From a virus, in IMG/VR virus record IMGVR_UViG_3300045107_000159, positions 1 through 64,000 of that record: 64,000 nt of DNA; one strand, 5' to 3'. A model generated the notes under the pieces. It worked only from the letters and a program-made list of their open reading frames with translations. It was not told the DNA's origin and made no database searches. A program made the translations under genes and the position numbers. Positions 19,339-27,800 of this stretch are shown here, piece by piece; the first letter of the stretch is position 1, and every line of letters starts with the position of its first letter.

Positions 19339-19596
19339 TTATCGTTTTTCACGTTTGAAGTAGTAGGCCAATTGGGTCGTGGTTCCCGCGCCCGTTACTG
19401 GAACTACTGAAATCAGTTCCCATCCCTCCGCTCCGATCTGAGTTAGCTTGACGGCATCTATTTGCGGGTCGGTACTATTTATCTGAAACAATTTGTATTC
19501 AAAATGTGGAGTAACACGTCGTTGATTACTCCATCCGAGCGTAAAGACAGAGCTGACTAGAACCAATAGAACGACCCAAAATATTTTCAATTTCAT
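19339..19596 (-). CDS. secreted small protein, DUF4177-like (moron candidate)
   Basis: The only antisense gene in the late block. Clearly lower GC than its surroundings. GGAGGA RBS. Signal-like N-terminus MKLKIFWVVLLVLVSSVFTLG. C-terminus LTQIGAEGWELISVV...AYYFKREK resembles DUF4177. Confidence 0.6.
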   Translation of the reverse strand: MKLKIFWVVLLVLVSSVFTLGWSNQRRVTPHFEYKLFQINSTDPQIDAVKLTQIGAEGWELISVVPVTGAGTTTQLAYYFKREKR

Positions 19597-19659
19597 GTCT
19601 AATCCTCCGGTTCGATTCGAAATCAGTTTTGTTAAGGCACTGCATTATTCCAGAAAAGT

Positions 19660-20052
19660 ATGCAATTTCGCGAGAAACTCCTTGGCCAAGAGGTCGTATT
19701 CCAGCAGTTTGAGAACGCCACGCCGCTGAACACGGTTCCGCAGGCGGCGCAGCCCGACGAGTCTCCGCTTACCGACGTCTCGTCCAACACGCTGGTAAGT
19801 GGCGGCAGGGTGGGCTCCGTCAAAAATCTCGAACTGCCGCAGCCGCTCGCCGTGGGCGACGACCCGACCTTTAACACAATCGACGTCGCGGACCCGTCCA
19901 CGACCCGCAACAACCTCGAAGCGGCCCGCCGCGCCACGCCCGCGATCGCCGGCGTGACCATACCGCTCGCTAAGATCACCGGCGGCGGGACGGACGGCAG
20001 TATCACCGTCAATTCCGAGGGGATCGTCACCGCCTACACCCTTCCGACGTGA
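19660..20052 (+). CDS. tail-fibre-associated protein candidate, 130 aa
   Basis: ATG ORF. The segment DPTFNTIDVADPSTTRNNLEAA resembles conserved fibre N-terminal or connector motifs. Weak. Confidence 0.4.
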   Translation: MQFREKLLGQEVVFQQFENATPLNTVPQAAQPDESPLTDVSSNTLVSGGRVGSVKNLELPQPLAVGDDPTFNTIDVADPSTTRNNLEAARRATPAIAGVTIPLAKITGGGTDGSITVNSEGIVTAYTLPT

Positions 20053-20546
20053 ACGAGCTGCGAGGCGACTACGTCCGGCGCGTCGACCACACGGAGGAGG
20101 GCGACCGCGCATTACTCCGCCGAGTCTTCCTGTGGGCGGCCTGCGCGCCGGCGCTTTATCTGGACGGCGGCGGCTACCACAGCGTCGAAGACTTCCTCGC
20201 GCCGCCCCTGAACTCCTTCGAGTATTTCGTCTTCATCGACGACCGCCCCGCCGCGCTCCTGACACTCATGCGCCTCGGCTCATACCGCAAGGTTTACCAG
20301 GTCGGCCTCATCACCGACCCCGACGCGAGTCTCCGCAAAATTTGCAAACTCCTACTCGGCTTTATGGGCGCCGTCTTCGAAGTGATCGCGGACGCCCTCT
20401 TCGTCGATCTCCCGGACTCTCCGGACTTCGCGGCGACCAGAAAGCTCGCCAGATTCTTCGGGTTAGCGCCCGTTTCTCAAACCAATTTCATCCTTTTCAA
20501 GAGTCAATATGGGATCAAGAAACCAACCAGCGACCCTCAAAAATGA
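20049..20546 (+). CDS. hypothetical protein, 165 aa
   Basis: GTG start overlaps the previous TGA (GTGA). GC3-rich. Confidence 0.5.
   Translation: MNELRGDYVRRVDHTEEGDRALLRRVFLWAACAPALYLDGGGYHSVEDFLAPPLNSFEYFVFIDDRPAALLTLMRLGSYRKVYQVGLITDPDASLRKICKLLLGFMGAVFEVIADALFVDLPDSPDFAATRKLARFFGLAPVSQTNFILFKSQYGIKKPTSDPQK
20335..20345 (+). repeat. dispersed dyad 11-mer GCAAAATTTGC, copy 3
   Basis: Exact match. Read as RKICK here, a different frame from copies 2, 4, 5 and 6. Confidence 0.9.
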
Positions 20547-20568
20547 GACGAATTACGAAGGCTCGTTC

Positions 20569-20967
20569 ATGTCGCACGACCTTACGCCCGAGGAGAAGAC
20601 GCTCGAATCCTGGCAGCCGAACCAGACGTTGCTGAACTCCGGGCAGGCGGCGAGCTATGGCGCGGCGAGGCAGGGAATTGTCGAGGGGACCGGCGGCTAT
20701 TCGGGAGTAACCAACCCCGTGTTGGCGGCCCGTATGCAGCAAATCGGCCTCCAGGAGCTCGCGGACAAAGAGGCTTCCGCCAAGGCGGACGCGAACCTCG
20801 CGAACAACCAGCTCGACATTCAGAACAAGCAATTCGTCGCCGGGCTGCGCGCCCCGCAGTACATCACCACGAAAACCTACGGGTACGGCCAGCAGCAGGC
20901 GCAAAACAGCGGACTCTTAAATTCTATCGTCGGCGGAGGCCTCGGCCTGGCCGCCGCTTTCGCTTAA
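20569..20967 (+). CDS. hypothetical protein with Gly-rich hydrophobic C-terminus, 132 aa
   Basis: ATG at 20569 follows GAAGG. The alternative upstream ATG at 20509 would overlap the previous ORF by 38 nt. C-terminus is LLNSIVGGGLGLAAAFA. Confidence 0.5.
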   Translation: MSHDLTPEEKTLESWQPNQTLLNSGQAASYGAARQGIVEGTGGYSGVTNPVLAARMQQIGLQELADKEASAKADANLANNQLDIQNKQFVAGLRAPQYITTKTYGYGQQQAQNSGLLNSIVGGGLGLAAAFA

Positions 20968-20976
20968 GGAGCTTTT

Positions 20977-21303
20977 ATGCCGGCTAATGTCGTCGAAATT
21001 CCGATCAATCTCACCGAACTAACCACCGCGCCGAACCGCAGCGCGATTTTTCCGCTCAATAACGCGCAGCGCGCGACGTTGATCGTTCAGACAGGGCCGA
21101 CTCCGACCGCCGGCTCCTGGGTGCTGAAGACGCTCGCCGGCAACGACTCCTCTGTCGGCGGCCAGGCGCTTATCACGACCAATTTCCCGCCGTCCGGGCG
21201 CGTCAACTCGGCTTCGGCCGACGTCTGCCATCAATACGGCTATGTCGAACAGGTCACCCCCTGCGACGTGGCGCTTCAAAAGGTGTCGGTATACCTGCGA
21301 TGA
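20977..21303 (+). CDS. hypothetical protein, 108 aa
   Basis: AAGGAG RBS 6 nt upstream of the ATG. Confidence 0.6.
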   Translation: MPANVVEIPINLTELTTAPNRSAIFPLNNAQRATLIVQTGPTPTAGSWVLKTLAGNDSSVGGQALITTNFPPSGRVNSASADVCHQYGYVEQVTPCDVALQKVSVYLR

Positions 21304-21803
21304 CCGCCATTAAGCCTTATTTGGCCGTGTTCTTTTCGTGGGCGCTCACCATGGCGGTTTACCTGACCGCCGGCGCGCGGCTGATTCGGCGCGAGAACCT
21401 GGTCGTGTACCGGTTCGCGCCGAAGGACCGCGAGTACGTCTTTCTGAATTTGCTTTGGTGGGCGGTTCCGCTGACCTGGCTGATCGCGCCGGCGCTCCCG
21501 TTCGGGCCTGGTTGGAGTGTCGGCCTCGGCTTGTTCGTCGGCGGCTCGACGCTCGTCATTTGGGCGCGCCGCGCGAACCCCTTCTTTTATCCGACGATCC
21601 GCAGGCCTCCGCGGCTCATCACCGCCGGCCCGTACCGCCGGCTCCGTCATCCGGGCTACATCGGGTTTACCGCGATGTCGCTCGGCTCGATCTTAATGCT
21701 CGGTCATCCTCTCGGATTTTTCCCGTTCGGCTGTTACGTCGGGCTCCTTATTTCCAGGGCCCACCGCGAAAACAATCTGCTCCGCGCTCATAAGCTCGTA
21801 TGA
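21300..21803 (+). CDS. ICMT/PEMT-family membrane methyltransferase-like protein
   Basis: Polytopic membrane protein. LITAGPYRRLRHPGYIGFTAMSLGSILMLG matches the conserved G-x-Y-x-x-x-RHP-x-Y core of isoprenylcysteine carboxyl / phospholipid methyltransferase families. ATGA overlaps at both ends. Confidence 0.6.
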   Translation: MTAIKPYLAVFFSWALTMAVYLTAGARLIRRENLVVYRFAPKDREYVFLNLLWWAVPLTWLIAPALPFGPGWSVGLGLFVGGSTLVIWARRANPFFYPTIRRPPRLITAGPYRRLRHPGYIGFTAMSLGSILMLGHPLGFFPFGCYVGLLISRAHRENNLLRAHKLV

Positions 21804-24800
21804 AAAAGCTTTTCCTTCTCGTCTTCTTGTTGCTCGCGCTCGCCGCGCCCGCGTTGGCTACCGACGTCACCGTCGCGGCCAGCCAAATGCCGGACTTCAA
21901 CGCTTCCAACATCGGAAGCGACGTCACCATTACGGGCGTCATCGCCACGAACGGCTCGACCATTCTCATCAGTTCGGGGAAGTGGCGGCCGAATTGGGTC
22001 GGGATCGGTGGATTCCGCATCACAATCGACTTTGTCGATTACACCGTCGCGTACGTCACGGATTCCAACTTCCTGATGCTCACGACGCCTTACGCCGGGA
22101 CCACTACCAGCGCCGCGACTGTCGTCTGGCACAAGTACGCGGAGCTGCGTTTTTACGTGTCCTCTCCGTTCAGGCCCCTCGGCAAGGACTATATCGTGCA
22201 GAGCGGCACGCCGGGCAGCGGCGCCTGGTACAAGCGCGTCGCGGCGTCCGTTCTGACAGTGGCCGGGGTGAACACCCTCTTTATTCCGCAGGTAGTTCTC
22301 GACGCGACGACGGATTCGCCGACGGACAACACCGCGCAATACCAGGCGGCCTTTTACACGGCCGCCGGGGCGGAGATCCAGCGCTTCGACTGTTTCCGGC
22401 AATTCGGCCTCCCGCCGATCACGCCGACGAATTGGGCGGACGTCTGCACCTACAACTCCTCGCCGATCAACGCGCGCAACGTCAACGCCTACACGCAAGA
22501 CCAGTCCGACGCCATGCACCCGTCGTGCGCGCAGGACCAGCTCGCCTATTACGCGACCACCGGGCGCGCGCAGAAGTGTCTGAGCCTCGGCTCCAATCTG
22601 TCGATCGTCAACGGCGTCATAAACTCGACCGGCGGCGGAGGATCGTCGAACGGCGTTCGCCAGGCGCTAAACGCCGTGACCGACTTCGACGCCCCGATCA
22701 ACGGGACTGACGACGCGACCGCCGCGATTCAGGCATGCATCAACGCGTCGACCACTGGCAAGCAGTGTCAGATTCCGGGCCTGGCCGCCGGTTACTCCGT
22801 TACCGGGCTCAACCTGCCGGACAACGCTTATGTGGTCGGCGACGGCGGGCGCAATGGCCGGACGACGCTGAAGGGGACATCCCCGAGCACTCCGATTTTT
22901 AGTGTCCTTAACACCGCCGCCAACGCCACGATTGTCGGTATTAAGATCACCGGCCTTCCTGTCGGCTCCGGGCAGTACGGGATCGTGCTGGATGGGACGG
23001 GCGATTACGCGGGCGTCGTGCTGGACGATGTGTCGATCGGCCAGGTCGGCGCGGACGGGCTTTACATCAGAAAGGCGTTCTCGTCGAAGTTCAGCAACCT
23101 TTCGTTCGACCTTGTCACCGGCGTCAGTCTCGTCTACGACGGCGCCAATAAGCCGTCGAACCTATTCGAAAACGTCTACGTCCACCGCCTCGGCTCCGCT
23201 CAGAGCGTGGCCTATTGGATCAAGTCTGGTGAGTTCGTCTGCGACGGCTGCAACGGGATCGACACCTTCCGCCCGGACACGGTTACGATGGAGGTCGGCT
23301 CCAGCGTGGCGTCCCATGGCGTCGACTCCACCGGTTACGCGGTACTCAGGAACAGCAACCTCGAAGGCTTTGGCTTGTATGGGACGCATTTCTACTTCAA
23401 CTCGAAGGCCGATTTCCTGCACGGGACGACGCTTATCCAGGCGGTTTTCTCGACGCAGCTGACTTCGACCATCTCGAACGCTCAGACAACCATTCCGGTC
23501 GGCTCGACCACTGACTTCCTGCCCACGGCGAACGTGCTTCGCATTCAGAATGAGATTCTCGAATGCGCCGGCAAGACGTCGAACAGCTTTACGGGCTGCA
23601 CGCGCGGCGCTCAGGGCAGCACGGCCGCCATTCACGCCGGGGCGAGCTTCGTGGAGAATCACAACGCAGTGCCGATCCTTTATGAGGTCGAGCCGAGTCT
23701 GTTTCCGGACTTCTTCCCGCCCGGAAAGATGGATGACACGGTCTCGTTCGGCGGCGGTCCCGAAACCGAGTTCAACCGCTCCCATGCCGTGTGGTCCATC
23801 GGGGGCGTGCCTCCGCTGCAGATGGACGGCCAGGGCGGCAGCATCAGCCCCGGTAACGCCGCGTATCCGCTCGCGACCTACTGGAACGTCACGAAGTCCG
23901 CCAGCTATATGCTCAAACGCGCGGACGGCGGGGGCCAGTGGCTGACCGTGACGGGGTCCACCAACATTGACAGCGTCGGCGTCAATCTCATCAAGGCTAA
24001 CTGCTCGGCCCCTTGCACAATCCGTCTGCCTTGGCCCGGCTGGTATCTGACGTCTCATCCGATCGTCATCAAGGACGTTTCCGGGAACGCTTCGGCCAAC
24101 AACATCACGCTCACGGCGGGCTCGGGCGGCACGGTCAACGGCGGCTCCTACGTCATCAACCAAAATGGCGGCTCGGTTACGCTGTGGGGCGAGAACACTT
24201 CGGCCGATTACAAGGTAGTCGCGGCCTACCCGATCACGGGCGGCTCGGCCGTCAACATTCGGCAGGCGTTCAACCTGGTCAGCGACTACGGCGCCGACCC
24301 GACCGGGACGGCGGACGTCTCGGCCGCGCTCGGGAACTGCCTGGCGGCATCCGCCGCGGCGGGCGGGAAAAACTGTTACGCGCCGGCGGGGACGTTCAAG
24401 CTCACGGCGCAGGCGACCGCCCCGGCCGGCTCGACGCTCGTAGGCGACGGTGACAACACCGTCTTTACCGGCTCCTTCGTCGGGGATTTGATCAACGTCG
24501 GCGGCTCGAACGTCGAGCTCTCTTACTTCAAAACCGCCGGCGCTCACCGTCGGGGCGTGATCGTCGCTTCGGGCGCGACTAACGTCCGGGTGCATCATGT
24601 AAATTTCACCGGCGCGACCGCGCACACGAACGGCTTACCTACCGCCGCCTTCCTGGCCAGCGGGCAGAACAATGATCTTTTCATCACCGACAGTAGGTTC
24701 GCGGGCAATGGCAATCTGAGCAATACCGACGACGGCGCCGACATTTTCATCGCGGCGACCACGAGCCCCTTTAACAACAGGGTTCGCATCAGCCGGAACA

Positions 24801-27800
24801 CGATCAGCGGCGGGAGCTCGCGCTTCAGCGTCGTTTGCTACGATTGCTTCGACTCGGAGGCCTCCGACAACACAATCGACCAGAACAACCAGATGGCCAG
24901 CAGCACGCCGGCCAATATCTCGGGTTACGGGATTCTTTTCTACTCGGGCGGCACGTCGAGCGGGGTGATTCAGAGGAACAGGATCACCAACAATCATGTC
25001 AGCAACACCGCCGGCTCGGGAATTTATCTCGTCAATTCCTGGGGGAGCCTGGTCGCCAACAACACCGTTTTCGATACTACCAAGCAGCAAATCGACGGGA
25101 CGCTCCCGGTAGGCGGTATCACGTTAAATGGTAGCGAGCAGGGGACCGTCACCGGGAACACGGTCAAGCGCACCACTCAGGGAAATGGAATCGCGGTCTT
25201 GGGCAACGCCAGTACGACAACCCTGTCCGGCGGCATCAGCTCCGGGACGACGTCCTTGACGGTCGCTTCCACTCTGGTTTTCGGCGCGGTCGGGGACAAG
25301 GTCACCGTCACAATCGGGACCGAGAAGATCATTTGTACGATCTCTTCCGCGACTTCCTGGACGGCTTGCGCGCGCGGCCAGTACGGCACGTCGGCCGCAA
25401 GCCATTCAAACGGCGACACAATCTCTTTCTCCTCGATGACCGGAACGGTCGTCGCGAACAACACCATCATCGCGGCCGGAGGGACGGCGTCGATCAACCT
25501 CCGCAATTTTTGCAACGGGTGTGTGGTCGACTCGAACGCGATTAGCGGCGGCTCGATCGGCATCGCGAATACCACCGGGACCGTAATCAACGACGCGAGA
25601 ATCTCGAACAATACGATCGACAACGCCGGCGGGCAGGGAATCAACATCGAGACCGCCAACAACTCGGCCTTCGTCGGGAATCGCATCAACCAGGCGGCCG
25701 CGCAGGGAATCCTGATTCAGGGGGGGAATAATAACCAGGTAGTTTCCAACACGGTCACGAACGCCGGCGCCGCGGCGCTGGACATGCGCGCGACCCGCAC
25801 GGTGGTCTATCTCAACGAGGTGACTCAGAACCCCACCGGGATTAGCGACACGGGCGTCTTTAACATCTATCGGGGAAATAAAGTATTTGGCAACACTACA
25901 AATTCCTCGATAAGCACGGCCTCGCAGCAAATCACCATCACCAGCGGGGCCACTCCGGACGTCTCGGAAGCCAGCGAATTCAATCTAACCTACGGCTCAC
26001 CGACGACCATCACGAATTTCCTCGGCGGCAGCCCGCTCGACCCGATCAAGGTGTTCCGCGCGACCAACTCGAACGTCACGCTCCAAGGCGGGGGCGCTCT
26101 CTCGTTGAATGGAAACAACGGTTTCCAGATGGCGACGAATGACACCATCATTTTCTACTGGAGCAACGGCTGGTACGAGATCGGAAGGAAGTCCGCCACA
26201 AATCCTTACGTCGTGGGACGGCTCATCATCGGCCCTGACAGCTTCGGCAACGCCATCGACGTCACGCAGGCCTCCGCCGCGGCCTCCCCGGTCCGCGCCT
26301 CGGTGAAGAACTCGACGGCGTCGGGATGGGCCGGGCTTACGCTCTACAACGACGCGCACAACGGCGGACTCGAGATCACGGGCACGGGTTACTCCGGCTC
26401 ATTCCTCGGGGGCTCGGGCGCGCCTTCCGGCGAGGCGGTAAACCTCTACAGCTCCGCCAATTTCCCCGTCGTTTTCGGCTCCAACAATTCGGCGAGGGGC
26501 TATATCACCGGCTCCGGCGATTGGGCGCTCGGCCTGGGCGGACTCGCGACCAACGCGACCGGGCCTTTCGTCTACATGCCCTCGATGGCGGGCACTCCGA
26601 CCGGCGTCCCCGCGACGTCCATCTCCGGAATGGTGCCGTTCGTCTTCGACGTCTTGGCCTCGAAAATTTGGGTCTATACGGCCGGCAGTTGGGCCGCCTT
26701 CGGCTCAGGCGGCGGCGGCGGCGGCGGCCTGGCGGATCCGGGCGCGAACGGCGTCGTCATCAGGACCGCCTTAAACACCACGACGGCGCGAACGCTCACC
26801 GGGACGACGAATCAAATCCTCATAGCCAACGGCGACGGCGTGAGCGGCGCTCCGACCATCTCCACGCCACAAAATCTGGACACTGCGGCGCTTTTCCAGG
26901 TCGGCGCGCTCGGCGTCGGGACGCCCGCGCCCTCCGCCGGCGGAATTGATTTGATCGGCATCCCGATCAACACGAACGCCGGGAACACGGTCGCGATGTT
27001 CAACGGCTTCCACCAGTTGATTAAGAACAGCGCGCTCACGCGCACCTATTACGGCGTTTTTTTGAAGCCGCAAATCAACACGGGCGTCTCGAACACCAGC
27101 ACGACTTACAACCTCTTTGCGATCGACACGACGAACACTTCGACAACCGGCGTCACCACGAATCTCATCAACGTGAAGTACGGCGGCTCGCTGGTCTTCA
27201 ACGTCGACCAGGCCGGACTCCTGACGCTCGCCGACGGATCCACCTTCGCCACGTCGGGCAACCATGCGATCACGCTGACGACGACGGGAACGACAGGCTT
27301 AACCCTGCCGACGACGGGCACGCTCGCCACCTTGGCGGGGACTGAGACTTTCACGAACAAGACGATTAACGGGGGCACACACACGGGAATTACGTCGCTC
27401 GGGATTCGCTCGACCGGCTCCGGCGCGTTCGACCTGACTCTGGCCAACACCGAGAACCTGACGGCCGGTCGGACGCTGACGATCACCCTTAATGACGCCG
27501 CGAGGACGCTCAATCTCGGCGGAAATCTCACCCTTGCGGCGGCCTTCTCGACGTCCGGGTCGAACGCCCTCACGCTGACGACGACGGGGTCGACAAACGT
27601 GACCCTGCCGACGACGGGCACGCTCGCCACCTTGGCGGGGACTGAGACTTTCACAAACAAGACGATCACCGGCGGCGCGCATACCGCGATCACTTCGCTC
27701 GGCATCCGATCCACAGGGACCGGCGCGTTCGATCTGACGCTCGCGAACACCGAGAACCTGACGGCCGGCCGGACGCTGACGATTACGCTCAACGACGCGG

